A stretch of DNA of 64,000 nt from Octopus bimaculoides (GCF_001194135.2 NC_068982.1:36009931-36073930), one strand, 5' to 3'. Shown: positions 1 to 12,894, numbered from the stretch's first letter. Translations and numbers: made by a program. Notes: generated by a model from the letters alone, not told the origin.

Positions 1-809
1 ACCTTAATTATTTGTAAAATTTGGTGAGCTGGACTTGATGAGGCTATGACAAACCCAAAGAAGAAATGAGCAAACAGGCACAGGACGAAGAAGGGCTACT
101 TATGGAAAAAAAACACTGGAAGAAACTCAGTGTAATAATCTCAACACAAACCACGTGAGAAACATGAAAGAATAAAACTTCAGTGAATAATGAAAAAATT
201 TGTTTGTCAAAAGTATTAACAGAGCCAGCAGCTTGGTTTAAGCTCCAAGGTCCAGGTTCTTCTGGCTGACAAGATGCAACATGTCAAAACATGGGTTGCT
301 GCATGGTAACTGCTATGCTCAGTTTGGTTGTGGTGGCTGCATGGATGACATGAACACCAGGCTACAATATGGGCCAAAAGACTCTAGACATTCTTAATTG
401 CAACTGCTATTCATCATTGCTGGAGGGTGCAGTAGTCAGAAGGTGGTGAAATAGTTGGGATCTCCACTTACAGCTGAAGAGAGTCTCATTGTGGGTACTC
501 TGTAAAATACTGCAGGCAGCTCACAAGAGCCATCCACACACCCAGGATCAGTGACTCTAAATAATGACTACCAAATTTTCACAGTAATATTATATAATAA
601 AGGTGTGAGCTAGCAGAATTGTTAGTGTGCCAGACAAAATGCTTAGTGTAATTTCTTTTGGCTAGCTCTAACTCTGCCAAGGTCAACTTTGCTTATCGTC
701 TTTTGGCGTCGATAAAATAAATCCCAGTTGAGTACTGGGTTTATGTTATTGACTAGCTTTTCCTCTTTAAAATTGCTGGCCTTGTACCAAAATTAGAAAA
801 AAATATATA

Positions 810-1055
810 GGCACAGACATGACTGTGTGGTAAGAAGCTTGCTTCCCAACCACATGGTTCCACATTGTCCCACTGCAAGGCACCTTGGGTAAGTATCTTC
901 TATAGCCTCGGGCCAACTATAGTCTTCTGAGTGGATTTTGTAGATAGAAACTGAAAGAAGCCTGTTGTATATATAGATATGTGTACCTGTTTTCCACCCA
1001 ATCACTGCTTGACAACTGGTGTTTATATCCCTGTAACATAATAGTTTGGCAAAGA
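810..1055 (+). mobile_element. Abundant tRNA-derived SINE (GTGGCTGTGTGGTAAGAAGCTTGC head)
   Basis: Head..GCACCTTGGG(C/T)AAGT..ACTATAGCC..GAAACTGAAAGAAGCC..microsatellite. At least 15 copies or fragments in the window. Confidence 0.8.
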
Positions 1056-1503
1056 ATAAAAGAACAAAAGAAAAACAACTAATTTAACTAGTTTTAGCAT
1101 TTCTCATTGCCAGTTGTTTCCAACAAAAAATTGATCAATCTTGGATAGGAATTTTTCTTGAGTTGAAAGGAGTCCCTCATAGGGACAATTCTTTGTCCTT
1201 GTTCATTTGATATAGGTGCTTCTCTAATATAAACAATGGTATTACATCTGAAGATAAACACAAATATTGATCAGTTACCCTACCCTATTGGTGACACTCA
1301 AATGAATAACTACTTGAATGAAAGACAATTTCAGATCAACAAAAAGCATTTCTGTATAAATAAATCACCTGCATTTTGAATTTGAGTGTGAAAATGGCTC
1401 CAACATCGATTGTTTGGGCTATAAATTGTCACTGCATTAATCCCTTTTTATTTAGATGGAAAAATTTTCTCGAACATCCTTTTGTTTTATGTAGGGGTCT
1501 GGA

Positions 1504-1722
1504 TTAATCCTTTAACATTCAGATCATTGTCAAATGTAATGCTTATTCATTCACATTGTTTTGAATTAATCATGTATTATCTCAGCTTCAAGATTTTGAG
1601 GAAGTGACTGTTTATTTTTAGAATGACATTGTGGGGTAGGTATGAGAGGTCAGATCTGGCAGCTCAAACATAAAACAGAAAATCTGGGCTAGATGTGGCC
1701 AGTTTAAATGCTAAAGGGTTGA
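1504..1722 (+). mobile_element. piggyBac-like MITE (about 220 bp)
   Basis: TTAA-flanked with CCCTTTAGCATT-like inverted ends. Same family as 2271-2492, 6997-7226, 26136-26364 and 56590-56809. Confidence 0.75.
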
Positions 1723-2270
1723 ATTAAGGCACTACGTCTCCTAAAAATGATTGCTCTAGTGTAATTATATTCCAAGGCCATATGTTGCTATTTGTCATGA
1801 TTTAGAGATCTATGAATTTTAGTGCTATTAAGTTATTACTACATTTCATGCTTCAGTTAGTTTCTGCTTAGATCAAGTTCTTTCTTCATGAAAACAAAGT
1901 TGTTTCAAAACAAAGCTGGAATAGAAATAGAGGGAAAAACCCCCAGCTTTGAATAGTTTAAGAAAGTAAACATTGTATCCTGATTATATTAAACCATAAT
2001 AGTACTTCATGATACATGATATGACATTGTTTTTGATTCCTATATACTGCATATAAAATTATAAATTAGTTTTCAGCAGAATTCACAGGGCGTAAAAGCC
2101 CTGAAAATACACATGGTCTACTTCAGCTTTTTATGAGTGTATTTCTGTTCCAGTATAATCAAGATTTTGACTGAGTTAAGCAAAATATATATATATGCAG
2201 CTTTATAATTGGTATATTATTTTAGTGACCAAATCAAATCTTATGTTATAATGAGATTCTGTTTGAGAGT

Positions 2271-2492
2271 TTAACCTTTTAGCATTCAGATTATTTTGTC
2301 AGATGTAATGCTTATTTATTTACATTGCTTGGAATTAATCATGTATTATCTTGTATTTTTGAGATTTCAATGATGTAACTTTATTTTCAAAATGACATTG
2401 TAGGGTAGGTGTGAGAGGAAGGATCTGACCAATCTGAACTTAAAACAGAATATTTTGACTCGATATGGCCAGTTTAAATGCTAAAAGGCTAA
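2271..2492 (+). mobile_element. piggyBac-like MITE
   Basis: TTAACCTTTTAGCATT ... AATGCTAAAAGGCTAA; aligns along its length with the other copies. Confidence 0.75.
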
Positions 2493-2987
2493 TGTCAAGA
2501 TGAACACTTCAGTATAGGTGAATTGGTATTAATAAGGTTATAAGAAAAGAACATGAGACAGATCGTTTTTTTTTTTTTTTACAAAAAGTAAATTTTATTG
2601 CCTGAACTCATTTGTTTTCACAAATTTATAAATATTACTGAACTCTTATTACTATTTTTCATAAATTGAGGTTTTAACTATTTATATAGAACCAGATGAG
2701 TAATTTTAGATTAGTTTCATTGCATGAATACCCTCTCCACCCATACTTTATATTTCAAGAAATATTTTTACTTTTGTTAAATAAGATAAGGAGTTAAAGA
2801 GCTGTAATTTGTGTTTTCTTTTTGATGTTTAACTGCAGGTCAACTCTTAACCATCATATCTATGATCCAAAGTATTCTAGTGATGGCCATCCTGTCTTTT
2901 TAGGGTTATGTAGGGCATTAATCAAAATGTCCTATCCTTACTTAAAACAGCAGGGTATAATTCGAGGGAAATTTGCCTGCTTTTTCT

Positions 2988-3037
2988 CTATCAGTCAATA
3001 ACTGGTATACTGAAGTATACCAGTTATTGACTGATAG
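2988..3037. repeat. Perfect inverted repeat, 23-bp arms, 4-nt spacer
   Basis: CTATCAGTCAATAACTGGTATAC-TGAA-GTATACCAGTTATTGACTGATAG, checked base by base. Confidence 0.95.
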
Positions 3038-5186
3038 TAAACAACAATGGCAGGGATAAAATAAAAATTCAAAGATAGAATTACAACAAATTCAACTGGA
3101 AGAATTTTGGAAGGTATCACAATAGGAAAGGCTCTAAACACCCAATTTATTTTGTTTCTGAACAACAGCTGAATTTAAGGACCAGCACATGAAAACCTTT
3201 AAGTTTTACCAAAACAGTTATTGGACTTTCATGATTATTTCTCAATAAATCTCAACACTAAACTTGTGGGGAGATCAGAGAGAGAGAAGAAGGGACTAGT
3301 ACATCATATCCATTTATCTTTCACAGTGCAGCTTAATGTGAGGGGGAAAATAGACTTGCTGTACCAAGAATTATTGAAGAGAATGCAAGAAAAAGTCCAA
3401 GTAACTTAAATTTGTAAACAGGAAGTGGTTATTTTATAAACAATATAGCTTTGTCTTATTAAAAGGCACCCCCAAATAGTTAACTTACTGAGTAATCCAA
3501 ATTCACATTAGATAAGTGCTTTATCTGGAGAAATTAGATGACTGTACTTTTAAAATTATTATAATGGAGTCAATGTCTCCATATTAAAAAGAAATAATCC
3601 ATGTATTCTTCTCGTAAACATAAAATTTCCGCACCTGCATCTATCTTTTTACAAGAATTATTTATGGAACTAAGCATAACAAATTGATGCATATGGAGTG
3701 AAAGAGAGAAAAATAGCTATACAAAAGCCTTTGAAATTTATACATTGTTAATGAGAATTACAAATAGTTGTTTTTAACACTGACTGCTTTAAAGAGCTTG
3801 ATGTATACACATAAATAACTTGATTATAATGCTCAAATAAAGTAATGTAAAAATTTAAGACTTTGTGCCTCGTTTCACATTTTTCTTCACCTCTTTTATG
3901 TATGGATGTATACTCAGTGTTACTATTGAGGTTCACTAAATTCTTCTTGAAGACAAGACATAAAAATCTCTGCTCAGCTTGTCATAAGCTTGATGGTAGT
4001 GGAGTGCTCCTTATTTGTACAGCCATATACATTTATCTTTATGTACAGGGTATATGTTTCAGGTCATCAATGAATTTAATCTGCTGAAACTATAGCATTT
4101 ATATTTTCAGTGTTTAAATTGGATATTTTGACTTTGTACAAAATGACATGCAAATCTTGGTGATTACTGATTAATGAGATGTTTGATTTAAAAACAATAA
4201 AATATAAAACTGACCCAAGTTGTCACTTATTTTTTCTAATTAATATCCGAGAGTATGGCAAACAGGGCAGAAACATAAGGCTGTACTATTTAGTTACATC
4301 CTTTTATGTTCAGAATTTAAATTCAGCTGAGTTCAATAATTCAACCAGTAATATACTGGCTGATTCATTCAACCATAAACCTCCTATAGTTTGGCAATGT
4401 CAATTTAATTTTCATAATTTCAAGAAGTAAATTTTTTTTCTCTTTCCTTATTTTCCATAAAAATATTTACATTACATTTTTTTTTCTTTGCATTTAGGTA
4501 ATTCTTATCAGCAATCAAAAATTTTGGACCACTTTCTTATGAAGGAAGGTTGATCCAAATATATTACTCAGTTACATGACAACTTTTCATAACATCTCAG
4601 ATTAAAAACTAGACAAGATTTTAATACACGTATATTAAAACTATTGCATTTTATCATGATATATATTTTCATTTCAATGCCTTTTCAATATTTAACAGTC
4701 ATCTATTATATAAATAAAATGAAATCAGCATAAAAAATAGGTAATATACTAAAGGATTATTGGTCTGTATGATATTTATCGATTGGGATAATGCATTAAC
4801 TTCAGTAAAACACATTTATATCATCTTTATACAGGATAGAATGCAATTTTGCCAAAGAGACTCCCAATATAAATATTTTTTAGTATTCTTCCCTGGATTG
4901 CATTCAAATGTTTTGGGATTTTTTTAATAGCATTATTATGAAGAAAATCTGTAGGTAAAATTAAATGTGTTTTACAACATAATCTTTACCTTGGTAACAA
5001 ATAAATGTATTATTACTGTAGAACATAATTTAAATCAGAGAATTAACACCACTATTTCACATTTTTGATGATTTAAATAACATATAGTTAAAGAGTCTTT
5101 GAATAAAATTTATAATACAGCTCTTTAAAAATCTGCACAACTGAAATCATATTTTCTTCAGAATGTTCTTTTTTACAACCGTTTTG

Positions 5187-5192
5187 TTTATT
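5187..5192 (-). promoter_or_regulatory. Candidate proximal polyadenylation signal (AATAAA)
   Basis: TTTATT on the plus strand about 60 nt past the stop. Weak evidence in AT-rich DNA; another candidate lies at 3146-3151. Confidence 0.25.
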
Positions 5193-5252
5193 TTTCTGTG
5201 ATGAAAAATGGCAAAAGAAAAAAAAATTTTTTGAATGAATTTTTTAATATAT

Positions 5253-5585
5253 TTAAGAATTATAGATTGGTAATGGATGAGCTTCACTGTTAAATACATA
5301 TTTGTCCAAAGGAATAATAGCATCACCTTCTGCGAAAAGTAAATAGAAATATTTCAGGGTTTCCGCTAAAAAGAAACTTTCCATTTTATCTGTAAAACCA
5401 GGATTGGTAATACTTTTGACATTATTGATGGCAGAATAACCAGCATTAGGGAGCTTGGTATATTTCTCAAAAGCTTGGAATATCATCCAACCCCACTCTT
5501 GGTATTTTTTGTCTTTAGTAATTTGGTATAAATAAAAAAGGCTTTCCACTGTTTCTGGTCGATGAAGATTGTGAGCGTCTACTGC
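5253..5585 (-). CDS. MAN1B1: MAN1B1 exon 11 (terminal coding exon)
   Basis: tttacag|GCA ... TAA, 333 nt. [43 protein letters not shown]. Confidence 0.96.
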   Translation of the reverse strand, partial: AVDAHNLHRPETVESLFYLYQITKDKKYQEWGWMIFQAFEKYTKLPNAGYSAINNVKSITNPGFTDKMESFFLAETLKYFYLLFAEGDAIIPLDKYVFNSEAHPLPIYNS

Positions 5586-5839
5586 CTGTAAAGATATAAT
5601 TATAAGGTTTCATAGATGAATGAAACAAAAACCAAATAGTTAAAATTTTAGAAATAAATTGATAAAACACCAATTACCAATAGAAATATAATAAAACAAT
5701 GATTGTGAGAGGAGTGTTGAGAAATTATATTTCACTGTCTCACACAAGTGAAGAGTATCTAAATAAGAAAATTCCTTTTCAAGTAATTCATGAATATGTT
5801 CGCATTATTAACAAGTATGGAAATCAATTCTCTCTTAGT

Positions 5840-6517
5840 TCTTGCAGTCACTGGACCATGGCCATGCTTGGGCATCATCTAGAAGAGTTTAATTGAACAA
5901 ATCAACCCTAGGACTTATTTTAAAGTCTGGTACTTATTCTGTCAGTCACTTTTACCAACCCATTAAGTTGTGGGGACATAAACAAACCATCACCGGTTGC
6001 CAAGTAGTTGTGGGTGACGAGAAAACAAAGATATACACATGCCGTGCCTCCTTATAGTTTCCATCTACCAAATTCACTCACAAAGCATCGGTTGGCTCAT
6101 GACTATAATAGAAGACAATTTCCCTAGGTGCTGCACGGTGGGAATGAACCTGAAAGTTGTAAAGTTAGCTTCGTAGCCACTCAGCCATGTTTGTGCCTGG
6201 TTATATATTTTACTTTTATCTTTTACTTGTTTCAGTCATTAGACTGAGACCATGCTGGGGCACTGCCTTGAAGAATTTTTAGTCAAATGAATTAACCCCA
6301 GTGCTTTTTTTTTTCTGTTAAGCCTGGTATTATTCTATCAGTCTCCTTTGCTGAACAGTTAAGTTACAGGGACGTAAATACACCAATACTAGTTGTCAAG
6401 CAGTGGGGGTGGGGAACAGACACAAACACACATACATTATGGGCTTCTTTCAGTTTCCGTCTACCAAATCCATTCACAAGGCTTTGGTTGGCCCAAGGCT
6501 ACAGTAGAAGATACCTG
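5840..6517 (-). mobile_element. Two copies of the abundant SINE in intron 10
   Basis: Reverse-complement body and head at about 5840-6198, and a 5'-truncated copy at about 6220-6517. Confidence 0.78.
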
Positions 6518-6782
6518 CACAAGGAAATCTGTAAAATTTTATCAGATCTCATTCTCTTTTACATTTAAATTATTGTCATAGAAAATTCATTTCTATCAGC
6601 CAACAGGAGTCCAAGTACAACAAAATATACTGACCAAGCTACACCTTTCCCATCTCCCACAGGAGAATCTAAAAAGAATACAGGAATAATTAATTTAAAA
6701 AAAAAATTCTAAACCAGTATTTTAGCTTTGTATTACATTTATCCAGTGTAAATTAATATTTCACAATTAAACATTTAATTAC

Positions 6783-6977
6783 CTTTACAATTAAATCTTC
6801 TTTAGCTCCTGGAGCCATATTGAAGTACACAATTTCAGGACTCAGTTTGGTGGGCATTCGATTATACATATAGAAGCAAGTTTTCATGAGTTTCTTGGCC
6901 AGTTCTAAATGATCATCTCCAAGGCCATGCATGTAACCAAGGGCCAATGTTCCAGGGAGGTAGCATAAAAGATGGTC
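6783..6977 (-). CDS. MAN1B1: MAN1B1 exon 10
   Basis: ttattacag|GAC ... AAG|GTAATT, 195 nt. DHLLCYLPGTLALG...KLSPEIVYF. Confidence 0.96.
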
Positions 6978-6996
6978 CTGTAATAAAAGAAATACT

Positions 6997-7226
6997 TTAA
7001 CTCTTTAGCATTCTGATTACTTTGTCAAATGTAATGTTCATTTATTCATATTACTTTGAATTAATCATGTATTATTTCATAGCTTTGAGATTTCAACGTT
7101 GTGATTATTTATACTTTGAAAGTCACTGTAAGTTAGGTGTGAGAGGCCAGATATGGCTAGTTTGAATGTAAAACAGAGTACTTGGGCTGGCTATGGCTAG
7201 CTCAAACATAAAAGAGGTAGAGTTAA
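6997..7226 (+). mobile_element. piggyBac-like MITE next to the exon 10 acceptor
   Basis: TTAACTCTTTAGCATT start, same body; right end degenerate. Confidence 0.72.
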
Positions 7227-8223
7227 TACACTTTCAACCAATATATGTTTTATTGAATGTTTCTAGACTTCATTATCCAAGAGCTTAAGTCTTTTGCATT
7301 TAAACCAGTCATATCCAGCCCAAATACTCTATCTCTTCTATGCTGAAGCTAGCCATAGCCAACCCAAATACTCAGAGAGCCAGAATTAAATATATTAAGC
7401 TTTTCACCTGACACTCTAAACAATTCTGTTAATTCACTACCAACATAAGCTATGTAGCTGAGTTCAAGTCTCACACTACAGCTGTATTAGAGACTTTCAA
7501 TTATCAAATTAATTGCAAATAACACCTCATATAAATAACATTGAAAGTGAATTGTAAATATGTTATGTAGATTAAATCCAGTCAACTCTACAGATAGAGC
7601 AGGTTTCAATACATTGTTGGTGCTGGTTTGACTGTGATAAAAAGTTAGCTTCCCGATTACATGATTTTAGCTCCAGTGCCATTGTGAGGTGCTTTGGGCA
7701 ACTGTCTTCTATTACAGCCCTGGGCTGACTAAAGCTTTGAGTGGGTAGGTATAGAAGACGGAACTAAAAGACGGCCATCATATATATTATATGTGCTTAT
7801 GTGTGTGTGTGTATGTTACTGTCACCTTGCCTTGACATCACATGATAGTTGTAAACAAATGCTTCCGTCATGCAGTGTCCTTTGTTTCCAATCTTCTGTG
7901 AAAACATCTGGTCATGGTGAAATAGTACCATACTTGAATAAAGGTGAAGGTTGGCAACAGGAAGTGCCTCTGACTGGAAAATCTGCCTCATCAAATTCTA
8001 TTTGATCCATGTGAGCATGGAAAAATGGATGTTAGAACAATGATGATGTAGAAAAAGAGTCACTTGTTAGAGATTATAAGAGAACATCAACAAAAAGAAA
8101 TGGCTGTGTTATTAAAATTTACTCTACCTCACCGAGTGAACCATTTGCATTGGATACAGATGTTTGCATTAGACTAAACCAATATCCTATGAAAGAAATC
8201 AAAATATAATATATCCAGCTTAC

Positions 8224-8347
8224 CATTTTCGGACTAAAATGTCGACCACCAAGCAGTTCCCCCAAATACACTAATTTGCTAGGTTCTGACATTTTCATGA
8301 GGTGAAGCTGCATTCCTTTCACTGCCTCTAAGTAATCATCTTTGAAA
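8224..8347 (-). CDS. MAN1B1: MAN1B1 exon 9
   Basis: tctcaacag|T ... ATG|GTAAGC, 124 nt. FKDDYLEAVKGMQLHLMKMSEPSKLVYLGELLGGRHFSPKM. Confidence 0.95.
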
Positions 8348-8908
8348 CTGTTGAGAAACAGAATTTTGAATGAAGAAAACTCTTTTAGTATCCAGCAATA
8401 AATAAAATAAATATCAGATTTTTAATTTACAAAATAATAACTGATTTCTTACATAGGTACAAGGTCTCAGATTTTTTTAAGGGCATAAATCAGAGTGTGG
8501 GATCTTCAAGCTGTTTTAAAAACTATCATAAGTATAAGGGAAATTCAAGCAATGGTAATAGAATTGAAAATAGGGTCTGCATCTAATACAGCCAAAACCC
8601 ACAAGAAACTCAACTAAATTCTTTAGCATTCAGATTATTCTATCAAATATAATGATAATGATTCAGGAAACAGCAGGGCTACATAAACTTTTGAAGTAGA
8701 CATTATTTTCAATTATAAATAATGATTAAGAGGAGGAAGAAATAATTTGGATTAAATTATGTACAGTATGTATCTTCTCCAGTCATTACTTGATATTTTT
8801 TATAAATATTATTTTCAAATTCATCACAAGCTAGACAAAGGCTCTGTTGAGAGTGTATAATGTTTATAAGTAGACTTTCTTAAAAATAAAGATACAAATT
8901 TAACATAC

Positions 8909-9096
8909 GTATTATTAATTTTTCCTGTTTGTAACCACTGTTTTAGTAGATATTCATAGTAACTGTCCCCACGTGCACCAAGTGTAATTGTAGCAGTGTT
9001 TCGAAAAATACCAGTTTGTGCATTAATAAATATTGGTACTAAACCATCTTTCTTTGGTTGTCGATGAATATGATTAGATACTTCACTGGCAGCCAC
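8909..9096 (-). CDS. MAN1B1: MAN1B1 exon 8
   Basis: ccctccag|GTG ... AC|GTATGT, 188 nt. [17 protein letters not shown]; the Arg before GDS is the ER-type (ERManI/Mns1) specificity residue, where Golgi enzymes have Leu. Confidence 0.96.
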
Positions 9097-9439
9097 CTGG
9101 AGGGTGAAAAATTAAAATAAACTAGGTTTCTATTCATGATTTAAAAATTATGCATCTGAAATACAAAATCGAATTTCAAAAAATGCACTGTATATCCATT
9201 TTATATATTCTAGATGCGAGTAGTTTATGAAAGGTTAGTAAATCTTTAATAATAATTTTTAAAAAAAGGACTAATTGAAGTATATTTTACTCTGAAAACA
9301 ATAAACAATAATAGGTTTTTAACAAGAAAATAACCAGAAAGATGCTGTAGACATAGTCTATTTAAAGGATTACTTAAAATTGATATGGTTGGTGTTATGA
9401 ACAAATTCTCATACAGGCCCATTGTTGGCAGTAATTGAG

Positions 9440-12128
9440 GTAGAGTATGTGAAAGGATAAATAAGCTTAGTTATAAACGACATGACAGCAACAGTGGTCT
9501 TTGCACTACAATCTGAACTGACAGATGAGCAAAAGGCCTGTTTCAATGAGGTTTTTCTACAGACTACCTGGATAACAGATGACAGCAATCCCATCATCAA
9601 TGATGACTTTAATGGATATGTTGGGCAACACCATGATGGCTATTGCAAGGTACATGGAGGCTATGGATATGGCACATGAGCAAGGAATGAAGAGGAATCA
9701 AAGTAAGACTAGTGATTAGCAGCATGAATGTAAGAATTAGACAGACTGATAGATACTAGACAATACTAAGAAGGGAAGTATGGACACTTAAAGATCCTCG
9801 GTCATACAGAAATTCAAGGAAATAATAAGTAACACCAACAATGAGGAGGGAGAAAGATAGAGGATTATGGCATAGAAGACAACTCAGAGTTTCTACAAAA
9901 CAACTTGCTGTGAGCCAAAGGCCAAATCTGTTGATAAGTTGCCAGCCAGGTGGAAATTGTATAGTAAATAGACATAAGAGCTAAGAGACATATGGAAAGA
10001 ATAGAAGAAAAACTAGAGCAAACACTGGTAAATAGCTACAAGAGAAGCTAAACATCAAGTGTACTTAGTAAGGAATGAAAAGGAAAGCAGAATAAACACA
10101 CTTTTGAATTTAATTTGCTGGTTGTAAAGCATAGTGGCTTTAGAGTTTCATTTGTTCATTTTCCATGCTAGCATGGGTCAAACAAATACATTAGTGAGGC
10201 ATTGTTTTTACAGCTGTCACTAACCCTCACCTGTTTTTCAAGTAAGGAATTTATTTCACATCTTCAAAGGTGTGAAGAGAGTGGGCTATTTGTTGACAGG
10301 AGTGTCAACAACACTGTTCATAGCAAACAACTCCCATGGAGCTCTAATGTAAACACACTCACACAAAACATATCCACACAACAGGTTTTTTCAGTCTACT
10401 CTTATCAAATTTACCCACAAGGATTTAGTTGGCTTGGTCCAATAGTAAAATAAACTTGTCCAAGCCACTGTGCAGTTTATTAGAACTATATCCAAAACTG
10501 TAGTAATCAAATATACAGAGAGAGACAGAGGATCAGAAATGTGAGGTGTTCCAGTATGATCAAGATGTCATTGGTGAAGTGTGTACAAGATATCAGTAGT
10601 ACACTCACCCTCATGGATACCAAGCAAAAGAAGTAAGGAATGCTCTATGAAACTCCACCCTGCTTAAACCCAACAAAGGAACCAGCTACTGAACACTGAA
10701 ATCTTTATGGTCAAATGGGCCAAGCATAGAAAATCAGGGAAATCATCTGGACCATCAGCAATAGTTGCTGAGTCTTTGAAAATATCAGGCAAAATTGTAA
10801 ATGCAGTAGTCATTCACACAGTTAATGATGTAGTAGAAGAAGGTGACATCCTCAATGATTTATGTGACAGTATCATCATTTACAGCTGTGGACAATGAAA
10901 GAATCGACAACAGAGGCATTTAGTTATGTGTCAATTATGAAAGTAAGAGAAAAGCACAGGTAATTAGGAAGAAAATTAGCTTAGAAAAGATACTTATACA
11001 GATTTGTGTTTGAACAGCATACTACTGACGCCTTCTTATCTAAGTTACTATGCCTAGCATTTGCTTACTTAGAGAAAGCCATTGAGAAGGTTCCCCACTA
11101 TGTAATCTAGTGGTCACATGACATGTAAGAAATGTGCAAGCTATGGACAGGGGTGTTGTTAACAAGTTGACAGCAACAAGTTCAATAAAGATTTAGTATG
11201 CAGGCAAGTGTCCACTGAAGCACCAGGCCATAAGAGAGACATTCAAGTTTAGCTGTTCATAGGAATTCCTGTATGCTACTCACCTAGTTTTCAAAACTGA
11301 ATAAGTCATAGAATTTAAAGAAAATGTTCCAAATATGGAAGTTGAACCTAGAAACAAGAAATCCAAAATGTAAACCTACCTAAGAAAAAATTCTTAGCAA
11401 AGAAGAATATATAACTCTACTACCACCTGAAAAGTGGCTAAACTCAATATGCAGGAAAAGTGCTACAGTACATCCATAGTAAATTATGAATGCACAAGTG
11501 ATGCAATGGGTTCACAGGCAGAATAGGACTTCATGGGTTGTAGATGTACAAAGAAAAGTTAGCTAGGCAACAATTTCTGTTTCTTAGGCAACTTCATCAG
11601 CTGTGAAATTGGATGCTCTGAAAGCATAATAATCAGAGTGAGAAAGAGTGCAAAGAGTTTAGGGAGATGTTATTTCCGCTGGGTGTGAAACAGACTGTAA
11701 GATGTTTGGTTATAGAGTCCAATATTGCATGGCAGCAAAACATGGTAACTGAATGCTGAAGATATGTGAAGGCTGGAAAGAAATAATGTAAGCATGCATG
11801 ACTAATGGAGAACAAATGAGCAAATGGAATAACTGAGTCTAAGAGGATTCAGCTGTAGTGTACTAGAAAGAAGGCTGCACTGGTATAGACATGTGATGTA
11901 TAAGGAAGATGACAGATGACTAACAAAGTACCAAGTAATCCAAGTGGAAAGAACTTGCAGAAGATGAAAACTGAAAAAGACACGGGAAGATGTGATGAAG
12001 GCTGATTGTAGAATGTTGAACTTCACAAAGGACAGGATGGATAATACATTGTGAAATACTCTGCTGGAGAAGGCCCAAATCCATCCAAACCACAAAAGCA
12101 TGGGAAAAGGTATGCAAAATGATGATGA
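9440..12128 (+). mobile_element. RTE-clade LINE, heavily decayed (intron 7)
   Basis: DDFNGYVGQHHDGYCKVHGGYGYG endonuclease segment, decayed RT, KT.EDVMKAD C-terminus and a GAT tail. Interrupted by small repeats at about 10110-10480. Confidence 0.8.
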
Positions 12129-12894
12129 CACATTTCATTAGAAGTGCTATTTCTTTTGGTTGCCATACAAGTTGTATGCATTTTTTTAAATACATCATTA
12201 TTATTATTTTACATTTGATTTCCATACTGCCTTGTCATAGATCAAGTAAGTTCTTATTCAGAATTAATACTTTATTAGGTATGGTTTCAATAACTGTAAA
12301 TCCTTCTTAACATCAACCACTTTACGGAGTGAATAGGGTGCATTTTATTGTGACACCAGAACTAGAGACATTGTCATGTCCTTGGCAAGACAAAAAGTCC
12401 TTTCAATTTACAATGTTTCTGCTCATATGCCATCCCCTTTTCAGAATGTGTTAAATGCATTTTGTTGTAGAACTAGCACTTGAGAGGTTGCTTTATATCC
12501 TGCAAGGCAGATAGGGTCTTCACTGCTCTAAACTATCTCTATTTGTTCAGGGCAACATGAACAATAGAGAAGATAGCAGAGAGGGTGATTGCAGAAAATG
12601 AACTGGAGTGAGAAGGAGAAAAGGAGAGTGAATAAAGGTGGAAGCAGAGTGGGTGGAGTAATAGTGTGAAAGTGGAGGGAGAAATGGGAGATAGTGTTAG
12701 AAAAGTAATGAAGAGAGACAGTAAAGGCAGGGCAATAAAGGCATATAGTAATGAGGGAAAGAAACTAATTGCAGCTACAAGTTTGTATGCAAAACAGAAT
12801 AAACAGAGAGAGAGAGTACTAGAAGAGTGTGATAGTAAAGGTAAAGTGTAATGAGAGAGACAGTAATGGTGCAGAGTAATGGGAAAGACACAAA

